Origin: Mobula hypostoma
Lineage: Eukaryota
Length of the DNA: 64,000 nt
Direction of reading: 5' to 3'
NCBI RefSeq assembly: GCF_963921235.1
Contig: NC_086097.1
Coordinates: 50,594,001-50,658,000 of the forward strand
Shown: positions 13,935-26,607 of the stretch, in pieces
Numbering within the stretch: position 1 is the stretch's first letter
How the letters are laid out: the number at the start of each line of letters is the position of its first letter
Program-made: the position numbers and the translations under genes
Notes under the pieces: model-generated
Seen by the model: only the letters and a program-made list of their open reading frames with translations
The model's database searches: none
What the model was told of the DNA's origin: nothing

Positions 13935-15259
13935 AATTAAGACTGGGTAATTTATTGATCTTATTAAGAACACAGATACAAAGTACAGTTGAAAGGCCAC
14001 ATAACATTACATGAAAAGACCATCATTACTGCCACTTCAATAAAGCAGCTACAACACGACCAGTAAACAACAAATTCCTTCACCTTTTCATAAACCACCT
14101 GTATAATAGCAAGTAGGCAAATTTAAGTCATAGCTACTATATTTTTTTTCTTAGTAAAGCTTTGAAGTGTATGCTGGTTGAAATACAATACTGAAAGAAA
14201 TTCATTGAAGAAGATTTACAAAATGCTACAGCAGAGCCAGTTTAGCACTGAGATTTGCATCAGAAGGATTTTTTTGTTGTTTTTGTTGATCCACAGCAGT
14301 TAAGATTCTAATTTTACAGACAGGTAGTAGACTGTTCACATAATTCACTTCAGTCTAAATAAAATAGCTGTCATTATCTGTATACATAGCATGAAAACAA
14401 AACCATACATTCACCTATCTTATTTTTGTTCTCACTTTTGAGTACTTAGATGACGTGATAATTGAAGTTACTCATCTGCAAATGAAATCAAAAGGCACAT
14501 CTGAAAAACATGTATGCTTATAATAATTAGTGAAAGAAATTCTTATCATTAGTTATTACTGCTTATTTTTCACAAACTGGCTACAGTATCCTACATTCTA
14601 GTGGAGGTTAGACAACTTCTCCCATTCAAAAGTTCCAAATTAGTGTTATATTTTCTTCTCTAATTTTTGGAGCAGCCAACCAATAGAATACATGATACAA
14701 AATCAACAATTTGAAAGAGATGCCAATTTTTATAAACTCAGTTTCTAGGTAATCTGCACCAAATATTCACTGCATTGGTAAAATACCTGTATAGCTTGTA
14801 TTAACAACTAAATAGGTCACAAATGATCAGCATTATAACCTTCCTGATGTCTGTAAAATTCCATCACTTAACAAGGCCACTAGAGCTCAAATAAGTCTCA
14901 AGGATTTATCTCGTTGGCTCAGTGCAATGATTAGTTCAAATAATTTAATTCAATTGTACAGTGCAAATGCAAACTTTTGTTACACTTCAAGGTAATAATG
15001 TTGGCACTGCAAGTCTGAGGAAAGAAAATTTTACTGATCACCTGAGAGAAGATCACAACAGTAATCTGTGCTGTGGTCTGAAAGAAACAAGATGATTCAG
15101 TTTTGCTCCAATATTAGGTTCTTAATTACAGTCTCCTTGACTGTGTGGCTACTAACAATTAGAAGACAAAAAAAGCTTAAAAACAGCAAAACATTTTCTT
15201 GCCTCAGTGCCTTAATACAGTTGCCTAATTTCCCACAGTGCTGGTAAGGAAATTTAGTG
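13935..15259 (-). other. SOS2: Probable SOS2 3'UTR
   Basis: AT-rich stretch with no repeat I recognise, from the stop codon to an AATAAA; exact 3' end inferred. Confidence 0.65.
13951..13956 (-). terminator. Putative SOS2 polyadenylation signal AATAAA
   Basis: Plus-strand tttatt ~1.3 kb downstream of the stop, followed by a T-rich tract on the sense strand. Confidence 0.55.
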
Positions 15260-15742
15260 TCAGTGAGGAATTTCTGCATTTTCCAGCAATGGCAGTCCAC
15301 CTCTGTGCAAAGGAGGATGTGATAATTCTCGTTTGTAAGTCTTTGGTGGAAGTTTTGGCAGCTGTGGACTAGAGTTCTGTCTGGGAGGTACAGGTGGAGC
15401 AGAAGGATAAATAGGGTTACTGTGGTTAGAACAACGTCGGATAATCCTAGGAGAGGGTGTTGGAGGAGGAGTACTAGGGGAATTGAGGTTAGAGCTAGAT
15501 TCTCTGTACCAATCTTGATCCCGATGAAGGCGGCCCTTTGGTGGTGGCTGAAGATTAAATGGATCATTCATAAAGATCTCTGGAGGTCTTGTTGGTATGG
15601 GTGGGGGTGTATCAGGCAGTGGATCCCTTGGAGGAGGTGGCGGTGGACTATGCGGTGACCCATCAGAAGGGCCACATAACACAGGAATCCGAGGCAGCCG
15701 TGGTGGAATAGCCGGAGGACTATCTGGAATACTTGAACCTAG
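15260..15742 (-). CDS. SOS2: SOS2 terminal coding exon 23 with Grb2-SH3-binding PxxPxR motifs
   Basis: cag|[37 protein letters not shown]...[12 protein letters not shown] (TGA at 15260-15262). Confidence 0.95.
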   Translation of the reverse strand, partial: LGSSIPDSPPAIPPRLPRIPVLCGPSDGSPHSPPPPPPRDPLPDTPPPIPTRPPEIFMNDPFNLQPPPKGRLHRDQDWYRESSSNLNSPSTPPPTPSPRIIRRCSNHSNPIYPSAPPVPPRQNSSPQLPKLPPKTYKRELSHPPLHRGGLPLLENAEIPH

Positions 15743-16761
15743 CTGTAAATAAAGAAATGGAATTCGTATCAGCACTTTTAACAATGAAATATTAAAAGTT
15801 ATACTGAAATGATAGAAACTAACATCAGACGACACGGACTCCAATGGTAACTTTTTAATTCCATAGCCATTCACTTCATGCAATTACCATAATTAATCAT
15901 AAGTTATTTTGCAAATCATACAGAACTATATTTTGATCTAAGCAGAAATCAATACAAAAGCACTTTTTTAAAAAACAGATACAAATAATATTTTATTTAA
16001 CAGTCCGATTTGCAAATGAATTTTTCTTTCAACATCAAAAACTTATCCAGCCTGAATACATGCGAAATGAAAACCACTTGTTTAGACATCGTACTTTTAT
16101 TACAACATCCCAAAACTACTATTACATGGGAACATGAGTGAAGGACTGGTTAAGGCTTTGAAATATTGCAGAATATTGTGTAGGAGTTTAGGAAGCACAT
16201 TCACATCATGGTAGGGAAGTTGTATATAATGCTCTATGACATACGGTGATAGAATGGTGGTGTTAAGGAAACAAATCAGTGGGAAAACCTGAAGGACAAC
16301 CAACTTCTACCTTCCTAACACCACCCATAGTCACTCACACTACACGTACTGCTGAGATCCTTATCCAAGTCTTGGTATCTCTAAACTTTATTGCTTAGGT
16401 GCTCTCAATTTCTAGTCCTCATACACTTGAGTTTATTGGACTCTGTTAGTGGAGTGGTTACAAGAGTCAAATACCAGATACCAAGAGCAGAAAAGAACTG
16501 GAGCATTTCAATTCGAAGTGAGACCGGAGGGTCTGGGGTCTTTTCTCCCTTGAGCAGAGGAGATTAAGATGGGAAATTGCTGAGATAACTGAGGTATATA
16601 AAATTATGATGAGTATATACAAAGGAAGACCTCAGGAAACTTTTTCCCATGCCAGAGGTAATTAAAATGAGAGCATATAATTTAGGGTACGGGTCGAGAG
16701 ATTTTAGACGATCCTAGGGAGGATTTTTCCACCCACTAAATGGCAAGTACCTGGAATACAA

Positions 16762-17270
16762 TAAACACAAGAGATTCTACAGATGCTGGAAATCCAGATG
16801 AACAAACAAAATGCTGAAGGAACTCAGCAGCTCAGGGAGAGGAGAGGAAAAAACTGTAAACATTTCAGGCAGAGACCCTTTATCAGGACCAGAAAGAAAG
16901 GGGAAGAAGCCAAAACACGGTGGAAGGAGAGGAAGGAGTGAGTACAAGCTGGCAGGTGATAGGCAGAAGAGGTAAAGGACTGAAGGAGGAGGAATCTGAT
17001 AGGAGAGGAGAGTGGATCATGGGAGAAAGGGAAAGAGGAGCACCAGCTAGAAGTGATGGGTAAGTGAGGAGAAGATAAGGGGTTAGAGGAAAGCCAGAAC
17101 GAGGAATTGAAAAAGTGCAGGAGAAATTACCTGAAGTTAGAGAAATCGATGTTCATGCCTTCAGGTTGGAGTCTAGTCATACGGAATATGAGGTGTTGCT
17201 CCTCCAACCTGAGTGACCTCATCATAGTAGCAGAGAAGGCCACTGACCAAAATGTTGGAATGGGGCAGGG
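16762..17270 (-). mobile_element. Penelope-like element 3' fragment inserted in a CR1 3' remnant (~16450-17440)
   Basis: GIY-YIG C-terminal remnant RLEEQHLIFR...QPEGMNIDF plus family terminal repeat. Confidence 0.7.
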
Positions 17271-18122
17271 AACCTGGAATACAATCCCTGAGTGGTGGAA
17301 GCAGAGTAGCTTACTGCATTTAAGAAGTGTCTAGACATATACTTGAATTGCCTAGAGCTTATAAGGCTATGGGCCAAATGCAAAAAGAAGTGATTAAGAT
17401 GGACAGATGTCCACAAGTCCACATGGACTTGGTGGGTCAACTGGCCTTAAGGATGAAGCTATGTGAATTATTGTTACTCAACAGAAGGGGGCATTCAGCC
17501 CATCAGGTCTGAAACTACAGCAATCTCTTCAGTCCTATGAACCACTCCTTCTTCACAGCCCTCCAAATTACATTTCCTCAAATAGTCATCCATTTCTTTT
17601 TAAAGTCCTGCATGACTCTATTTTTACAACTGAGACAGGCATCGATTATATTTTTAAAACATTTACTACTCTCTGCCTAATATAAAATATTTCACATCCC
17701 TTTGAATCTTTTTACTCAGTATTTTAAATTAGTTTCTCTCCCTACTCCTAAAATGATTCATGATGAATAACTATCCATGACATCTGGGATCAGCACTGAA
17801 GACAACTCAACCAGATTTATCCCATTTCGCTTGTATCTAGATTTAATAGGCTGGTCATTTGACAGGCTGTAAAATTCATTTCTTGCATCCACAATCTATG
17901 GAATCCCTCCACAAGTCCACCACTCTGCCCAGTGTATTCCCAAGCATGATGCCACATATAGCCACAATTCTGTGAAGGAGAAATATCTGAGCACGTGATG
18001 GATGCCACAAAGGAGCACTATGAATAAAAGGTGAATGATTACAGAACTCTAGGGAGATCAGGAGGCTTGTTCAAAAGTGAAACCAGAGCACAAACTCAGA
18101 TTGTAACATACATTTCCTTTAC

Positions 18123-18226
18123 CTTAATATTTGCCACATCTACATCAGGTTTCCTTCGCTGAGGAACAGGAGGTGGTGCAGGTAAATCTTCACTTGGCCT
18201 ATGAAGACTTGAAATGGAGTGAGATT
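18123..18226 (-). CDS. SOS2: SOS2 exon 22 (proline-rich), 104 nt
   Basis: SHSISSLHRPSEDLPAPPPVPQRRKPDVDVANIK; tag|AA...AAG|gtaaag. Confidence 0.9.
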
Positions 18227-20604
18227 CTAGGAAGTAAATATTAAAAGGGAAATCGTTTTTTAAAAATGCATCATTTATGCCCAGCATAACCTATTAGTAA
18301 CTTGTATTTATAAAGTCCCTTTTATCAAAAACTTGCTTACTACAGTGCCAATTGGCTAATCAAATCTATGCCAGCTCTCAGAGCAATTCCATTAGTCCCA
18401 TGCCCTCTCACCCATTTTCTGTAGCCCCTTAATTTATTTCCTCTTTTCCACTCTTGCACACCCCACACCCCAATTTGATTACTACCGTCTACATATAAAA
18501 AGGGATAATTTACACTAATTAGCCTACTAGCAAGCCTTTGCAGTAGGAGACAAAACTCATGCAGTCACAGAGATCAGAATGTAACAACTGAACACAGATG
18601 GTAACCAAAGGCGAGAAGGAAAATGGGCCCTGGAGCAGTGAAGCAGCAGTGCTTACTTCTGTGGCACTGTGGTGTCCTCAACTTGGGAAAAATTACCGCG
18701 AGGTGCTTTACAGAAAATCATACCAAAAATTATTACTGAAGCAGTAACTAGAAGCAATAGAATCTAAAGTGTTTATAGCAAGAAATAATTTACTGAGAAA
18801 CCCAGCTCGTCTTCTGAGAGTGTTTATATGTGGGAATACTAGAGCATAGAGCTAGGCAATTAAAGGCACTGTCACAATAGCAAACCAAAAAGTGTGTTTT
18901 TCCACAAATGCCAGAGAAATGGCAACATCAGGAATATTCATGACTAGTTTGGTGAGAGGGGAAGGCTGAGTTTTAAAACACAACATGAAGAATTTCAAAA
19001 TCTGAATTGGGGAGGGAAGTACAACAAAGCAGCACAGCATGAGATAGCATCAATGAGTAGTGCTTATATAGGATACAGTACTGGCAGCTGAATTTTCATT
19101 GACTTAAAACGCCAGGGAGGAGCTTTAGAATAGAAGTGATAAAGGCTTGGGTGAACATTTCAATGAAGTTGGGCTACAGCATGGGGTGACTACCTTATGG
19201 CTAAAATGAAGACCACATGGAGTCAAAAAAAAAGTTCAGCCTTAACCAGTAGATCAGGTATGAAGCAGCCATGTATCTATTATCTGTCTGTATTGTATTG
19301 TGTGTTGCACATTTATTGTGGGTAATCTGTCACGTGAATTGGGGCGTGGTAGAAACAAATGAGCTAGTTTCATATTCATGCTTCATCTATGTTAGTTGGT
19401 TTTAGTTTAGTGGAGAAGGAGTAAGCCGAGGTGATTTTTTTTTGTACATCACTTGTTTCATTAATTTGCTTAGTTACACTTAATTGTGCCAATTTGAATG
19501 CTATCTTTTGGCTATCTGGAGAAAACAAATCTCAGTTGTATTCTGCATGCATACATTGATAATAAGTGAACCTCTGAACCTGTAATTACTTTTATTCCAC
19601 TGTATTGCTAATTTAGTTTCATTAGTTTTTATTATCACTACACAATCTCATTTGTCTTTGCAGGTTTCATAATAAAGGATCAAATGTACTTTTTTTTTAC
19701 TTGGAACTCAGTTGTTTGGAAGTGCATCTTAAAGTGTCAACTCTCGTACTCAGCACCTTAGAAGTTTTGGTTTGTTTTCAAGTAACTGCAACATTTCTGT
19801 CAACAAAAAAAGTTATACCAAACGAACACCAGCTTACAGCAAAGGATTGCCTCGGACCTGTTGCTGAAACTGGAGCAGCTTGTTATAGGATTGTCCATGA
19901 TCTTTTGTTGATTATGCTGTGTATTTGAACACAGTTTTGAATGGTCAGTGTTGCCTGTCCATTCTGAACTATTGCTCAATTGCATGGTGCTTGTCGGAGA
20001 GTTTGTCGCTTTGTATTATTGAAGTTCTGAAATATTCTTTCAGTTGTCGACATTTGAATTGAACGCTGTTTGTTTGCTCTGGTTTAAGTGCTGTGGATGC
20101 ACAGATCGTTGCCTACGTTTCTTGAATGACTATCGCTGGTGCATTTTGCAAATGTGCTGTGGGTGAACAAAAAATTAAGTGTGAGTTGCGCAATAAGACT
20201 GAATCGAAGCTTGGAACTGTTGTCAGTGACCCTGAAGTCGGAGCTTGCAAAAGAGAAATTAAATTTTCTTTGAAAGTTTTAGCAGGTATAGAATTGAAAA
20301 GTCTTTAAAATAAGTATAAAACAAATTTGATCAAAATTAAAGGTTTAATACCATCAAGGATCTTATGGAAAATAAGGAAAATGCCTTATAAAAGCAATCT
20401 GATCTTGAGGACTTGATTAATCTCTGTGAAGCTGTTGCTAAACAGCATCACATGCTCATCTCATTATTTCCCAAGGACAATCAGGGAAAACAGAACAAAT
20501 ATTTTTTAAACATTGATAGCTTTAGTAGTGCATTCACAGAGGCTGTGAAACAATGGTTGACCTAAACACATTACATTGAAGGTATAGTTGCTGCAACAAG
20601 TTAA

Positions 20605-20810
20605 TTTTTTAAATTATTTATTGGGATACCACACAGAATAGGCCTGTGCCACCCAGAAACCCCGCAATTTAATTCTAGCCTAATCACAGGACAATTTACA
20701 ATGACCAATTAACCTACCAACCGACATGTCTTTGGACTGTGGGAGGAAACCAGAGCACCCAGAGGAAACCCACGTGGTCAAAGGGAGCACACACCAACTC
20801 CTTACAGACA
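20605..20810 (-). mobile_element. V-domain SINE nested in BEL gag
   Basis: gggaggaaaccagagcacccagaggaaacccacg is the reverse complement of the V-SINE core. Confidence 0.7.
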
Positions 20811-21965
20811 GCAAGAGCAATGTGTCCCACCTTCCATCAGATGATGCTCCTCAAGTTCCAAGGCATGTTTTGACGACGCATATAGCAAAGGGCCCACAAG
20901 ATGATGTAAACCCAAATGACAGTGTGTCAAATGTCAGCACTCGAAGTTCTGCTGCAGGAAGAGCATCTTCTGTATCTAGTACCTCCTCGCCTTGCATTAA
21001 AGTGGAGGCTGATTTAGCTGCATTAATCGCATGTCAACGATTATTGAAGGAAAAACATGGGACTGGAAAAGCAAGAGAAACAGCTATGGGAAAGGAAGAA
21101 GCAGGTTGCGTTGCAGGAAGAAATTGCCACAGTTAATGTGCTAAGGGCTTCAAGCGTGGTGAGTGCTAAAAGTGTTCCAACAGGACAGTGCTGTGGTGTG
21201 AGTTCCTGTATTGAAGAGGAACAGAGGAAAACAAAAACACTCAATGTCCACGTTGATTCATTTGTTCAAGTGTCTGCAAAACATGAACATGACTCCTTAG
21301 GAGATAGTTCGGGGCATTTACTCTCAGCCTGCAGTAACGAGGCACTCTGAATCCATGTCATATCCAACAGCTCAAAGGGCTCATGGGGCCACTCACTTAC
21401 AGCATGGAAACACTCTCATTTCAGACAACAGAGATCAGAATAGTAGTGAAATAACAACCTTATTGGCACAACAACCCATTTTATCTTTGCCCTAAAAGAA
21501 AGATTCAAATCTTTGATGGAGATCCTTGCAGTATCATGCATTCACAAGGGCTTGAAAATAGTGTTGAAGGTTAGACTGACAGCCACAGTGATCACCTTTA
21601 CTTCTCTGAACCGTACACTAGGGGTCACCCTAGAGAACTTGTCAAAAGTTGCCAGCAGGTCAACCCTAAGAAAGGATATGTAAAGGCTACGGCTTTACTA
21701 CAGAAACATTTTTGTAATGAACAGAAAATTGCATTCAGCTACATGCAAAAGGCTCCATCTTGGGTACCTATTAAAACTGAAGATGTGAAAGATCTTCCAG
21801 ACTACAGTCTTTTTCTTAGAGGCTATTGCAAAGCCATGGAAGAAGTGTGGTACATGCATGAGCTGGACATGCCTGCTAATATGTCGACTGTAACAAAGAA
21901 ATTGCCCTAAATGCTTAGGGATTAGGGGAGAATAGTGGTCCGTAAACAGCAAGGTAGATATTACC

Positions 21966-22280
21966 ACACAACAGGAATACTGCAGATGCTGGAAATTCAA
22001 GCAACATACATCAAAGTTGCTGGTGAACGCAGCAGGCCAGGCAGCATCTCTAGGAAGAGGTACAGTCGACATTTCAGGCCGAGACCCTTCGTCAGGACTA
22101 ACTGAAGGAAGAGTGAGTAAGGGATTTGAAAGTTGGAGGGGGAGGGGGAGATCCAAAATGATAGGAGAAGACAGGAGGGGGAGGGATGGAGCCAAGAGCT
22201 CGACAGGTGATTGGCAAAAAGGGATATGAGAGGATCATGGGACAGGAGGTCCGGGAAGAAAGACAAGGGGGGGGACCAGA
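21966..22280 (-). mobile_element. Penelope-like terminal repeat nested in the BEL element
   Basis: Same family as 10080-10240; carries a hammerhead core. Confidence 0.8.
22063..22099 (-). ncRNA. Minimal type I hammerhead ribozyme motif (Penelope-associated)
   Basis: agtc-CTGACGA-agg gtctcgg cct-GAAA-tG-TC-gact: catalytic core intact, stem I agtc/gact, stem II agg/cct; activity untested. Confidence 0.65.
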
Positions 22281-24044
22281 GATATAACCATACGATTACT
22301 TTCACTGACTTTATTGGTGTTCACATTGAAGTGGCATATGCTTTGGACACAGATTCCTTCGTTAATGCACTTTGACACTTCATAGCAAGACAGGGACAGC
22401 TTCATGAACTGCACACAGATAATGCAACAAACTTAGTTGGAGCTGAGCGTGAGTTGGGAGAAGCCATTCAGAAGTAGAACCATTCACAGATCAGTGATGT
22501 CCTTCTTCAGAAAGGAAGTGGATTTTTTTTTTAAAAAGCCCTTCCCACCCACCCCGGCTGGTTCACATCATTTTAGGAACATGGGAGAGATTAATCAGTT
22601 CTATGCAAAAAGTCCGTAATTCCACTATGAAGATACAGAATCTTGACGAAGAGGGTTTTCACACAGTCCTTTGCGAAGAAGAGGCCATTATCTACAGCTG
22701 TCCAATTACTAAGGCATCTACCGATCCCAATTATTTGGAAGCGCTAACACCAAACCATCTGTTGCTTCTGAAGACCTCACCATCCTTACCACCAGGAAAA
22801 GTTCCAAAAGGAAGACACTTATGCTCATCGTAGATGGAAGTAGGTCCATTACACGTCAAACTTGCTTTGGAAATGGTGAATCAAGGATTACTTACCACAG
22901 TTACAGGAATGTCAAAAATGGTCAGATACAAAACATAATTTCCTCCCAGGAGACATCGTGCTTATAGATGACAACTCAGTGTATCACAGTTCATGGATCA
23001 TGGGAAAAGTCATTCAAGTCTTTTCAGACAAAGAGGATTTATGTGGCAGATGCGCATCAAGACTAAGACCAGCTGTCTGGACAGGCCTACAAGTAAGATC
23101 TGTCTTCTACAGGAGGCAGAGGAGCTACAGCTCTAAAAGCTTCAGGACTTTGACTTAACAGAGAGTGATAGTAATGGGCTAAGTGTTAGTAACCTCTGTT
23201 CTCGATGAGTTACATGACTTGAAGAGGATATTTGCATAAATGTTATGTTTATTCTTGAAAATTTTCAGTCTCCTTTTTTTGTAGTTTGCAGTTGTAATTA
23301 TTATAGTGTAATAATTACGGGCTGGGATATAGCAGCCATGTAGCTATTATCTGTCTGCCTGTATTGTATCTTGTGCTGTGTGTTTATTGTGGGTAACTTG
23401 TCACGTGGGTTGGGCCATGGTAGAAGCAAGTGTAGCTACATATTTACAGTTTGTCTCAGTTGGTTTTAGTTTAGTGGAGAGATAGCGAGCCGGGGATGAT
23501 TTTTTTTGTTGACCGCTTGTTGTTATTTCACTTATTTACTCTAATTTGAACTCTTTTTCTGCTATACTGCTAATTTAGCTTTGTTAGTTTTCAAAAAAAT
23601 TGCTGTACAAGACCGTTCGCCTTTGCTGGTTTCATAATAAAGGATCGATGTACTTTTTCAACTTGAAACTCAGTTATTTGGAAGCATGTCATACAGTGTC
23701 AACTCCCATATTCAGTCTCTTAGCGGTTTTGGTTTGCTTTCAAGTAACCACTACAAGGTATTATCAGTAAACATGTGGAAGCTAAACTTTATGCCTGCAT
23801 TTTATATTTCCAGTATGAGGAAGAGCACAAGGATAGCACCAAGGAAATTTCTTTGGATACTCTAAAGTTAATGGTGCATGGATTGCAAGGGAAAAAAATG
23901 CTGCAAATAACTTAGCCACAGTTGGATATGTAGTGTGAATTCAAATGGGGGGGGGGGGAAGAGAACACATCACATTTTGTAAAAAGATGGAAGATGATTG
24001 TTCATTTGTAAAATGAGCTCTAAAAATGGTTAAAGACTGATGTA

Positions 24045-25380
24045 CAAGTGTCCCCCGCTTTTCGAACGTTCGCTTTGTGAAACCTCACTGTTACGAAAGA
24101 CCTACATTAGTACCGTTTTCGTTTTCAGAAGGTGTTTTCACTGTTACGAAAAAAATTCAGTGCGTGCCCCGAGCAGCCGCTCTCCCCAGATTTGGAACTG
24201 CATTCTCACCAGCATTGCTTAAACACGAGACTGTGAGCAGCCGTTTGCAAGATGAGTTCTACGGTATTGGAAAAGCCTAAAAGAGCTCGTAAGGGTGTTA
24301 CACTTAGCGTAAAACTAGACATAATTAAGCGTTTTGATCGTGGTGAACGAAGTAAGGACAACGTGAGTTTGGCTTGTGGAAGCTGATGTTGAAGAGGTTT
24401 TGGTATCCCACGACCAAGATCTGATAGATGAAGAGCTGATGCAATCGGAAGAAAAAAGGATAACAATTGAAACCGAATGAGTAATGATAAAGTATGACTT
24501 TAATTTTGAAAGGGTACATCGGTATGGTTGAGTCCTTACGAAGAACTGTGTGATAGAAAAATGCACGAGGCTCAGCAGTCAAGCAAGCCTTCCACATCAG
24601 CCACAGCAGACGACGAACCTCGACCTTCGACATCGAGGCGGGCAGAGATAGAAGATGATCTGCCTGTCCTAATGGAAACAGACGATGAGGTGAAGACACC
24701 CCAGTGTCCCACCACCCCAACCCCCAGGCCGCGGACAGATACCGATTTGCGGAGAGTGCAGTGGTAGCTGGGAGGCACACAGCAGATCTTTAAGAAAAAA
24801 GCCCAAATAAACATGTTAATTAATTAGGTGTCACCAACACGTAATTGTCGGCCCAGATCAGAGACAATGCAATCAGAAATCGGCACTGATCTGGGCCGAC
24901 AATTACGTGCCAGGCGGCACCTAATTAATTAGCATGTTTATTTCGGCTTTTTTTCTTAAGGATGTGCTATGTGCCTCCTGGCTACCACTGCACCCCTGCA
25001 TGCTTCACGGCAATCTATCGCTTGGCGGCCTGGAGGGTGGGGGCCAGTGCATCACCCAATCTCCGACTCAGCCTAACACACCATCATCAGTGTGCTCGGT
25101 GCTGTCCCGATTCCGGTAAGTGATACTACACTGTACGTACATTATTTCTACTTTATATAGGCTGTGTATTTATCATATCATTCCTGCTTTTACTACATGT
25201 TTCTGTTATTTTAGGTTTTATGAATTATTTGGTATGATTTGGTAGGTTATTTTTGGGTCTGCGAACACTCACAAAATTTTCCCATATAAACAAATGGTAA
25301 TTGCTTCTTCACTTTATGACATTTCGGCTTACGAACCGTTTCATAGGAATGCTCCACCTTCGGATGGCAGGGGAAACCTG
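24045..25380 (+). mobile_element. Tigger/pogo internal-deletion derivative, CpG-rich
   Basis: TA TSDs; termini CAAGTGTCCCCCGC / GCAGGGGAAACCTG; HTH start MSSTVLEKPKRARKGVTLSVKLDIIKRFDRGE joined to acidic C-terminal remnant DVEEVLVSHDQDLIDEELMQ. Confidence 0.85.
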
Positions 25381-25394
25381 TATTACAGTTAACA

Positions 25395-25593
25395 CACACA
25401 AAATGTCGGAGGAACTCAGCAGGTTAGGCAGCATCTATTGAAAGGAGCAAGTAGTCGACGTTAGGGTCTGAGTCCGAATTGTTGACTGTTTACTCTTTTT
25501 CAAAAGGTGCTGCCTGACCTGCTGTGTTCCTCCAGAATTTTGTTTGTATTACTGTACTTTGATTTCCAGCATCTGCAGGTTTTCTCTTGTTTG
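25395..25593. mobile_element. Inverted pair of Penelope termini with a 14-bp flanking duplication
   Basis: tattacagttaaca at 25381-25394 and 25594-25607; arms ggaggaactcagcaggttaggcagca / tgctgcctgacctgctgtgttcctcc. Confidence 0.75.
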
Positions 25594-26565
25594 TATTACA
25601 GTTAACAATTTATTTGTGACATTGGATTGGATAGCCTATTTTATTTCTATGGTAGGAATAAACTTATTGGAAAGATAAACACGAAGTTGTGGAAAGATAG
25701 CCACAGGTTTAGATGGGGATACAATTAAAACGAGGGAGAAAGAAGGAAAGGTAGTTTGTAAGAACAGAGATTTAATTATTCATTTTTAAAAAGAGACTGA
25801 TAGCAGTTATTTTGAAGAGGGGTAAACACAATCATGGTGAACGAAACATTTGCAATGCCAGCAGGCATTGAAACCAGGCAAGGAAACTAGGTAGTCAGCA
25901 ACTTAGTGAGAAGGGGAAAACAACGAATGACAGCTTGATTTGAATGAATAAAGTAAGTTTCTGAGGAAAGAGAGAGAGTTCAGAGGCAGAATGTGTTTAA
26001 TGGGCAAGGAAACGTAAAACAGCAGAAGTAGGTTTAATTTTAACGATAAAGAAATACATGATGACACTTGGGTAACTTAACTGTTACTACTTGTTAGCTT
26101 TCAATAAGTTAACTAAAATTAAAATAACTGAAAGGCAATAAAGAAAGCAAAAAACACCTGATACTGTTTATGAAATAAAAATAGAAAATGCTGGAAAATC
26201 TCTGTGGGTAAAACAGCACAAGTACAAATAGAAAGTGTTAACATTTCATATTGATATCCTTCCATCAGAACAGAATATTTAGAAAGTGGACCTGATTTAA
26301 GTTAAAGTGAAGGGTGGGAGAAAATAAGAAATGTCTGTGTTATGGTGAAGACTAAAACATAATGGACAACAGAGGCTGATGTCAGATGAGAAAGTGCATT
26401 GAAGATTTAATAATGGCAACCAATCTACTTGGAGGATGTGCAAATAGAGAGAGAAGGTGAAAAAAATCTATTCTGGACCTGTGTAATAGAGGCAGAGCAA
26501 CGCATTATCAGATTTTCAGTATTTTCTGCTTTTGTCTCAAAATGAAGTAAATGGACTCAACTTAC

Positions 26566-26607
26566 TCGATGGTGGCAACAGGACAGGTGCAAAAATACTG
26601 TTGTTAC
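26566..26607 (-). CDS. SOS2: SOS2 exon 21, 42 nt
   Basis: tag|GTAACAAC...CCATCGA|gtaag; SNNSIFAPVLLPPS, like human SNSIFAPVLLPHS. Confidence 0.92.

Larger units (their letters stand above)
19261..23755 (+). mobile_element. BEL/Pao LTR retrotransposon, internally deleted; LTRs 19261-19793 and 23328-23755
   Basis: Similar direct LTRs (TG...CA; 3' LTR starts TA); exact TSD AGGTA at 19256-19260 and 23756-23760; purine tract before the 3' LTR; gag remnants (PNDSVSNVS, IFDGDP) and integrase remnants (VHIEVAYALDTDSFVNAL, DNATN, LTPNHLLL). Confidence 0.9.

Noticed and set aside
15097..15567. 156-aa overlapping ORF in the last SOS2 exon
   Set aside because: Alternative frame of a low-complexity proline-rich exon; no independent support
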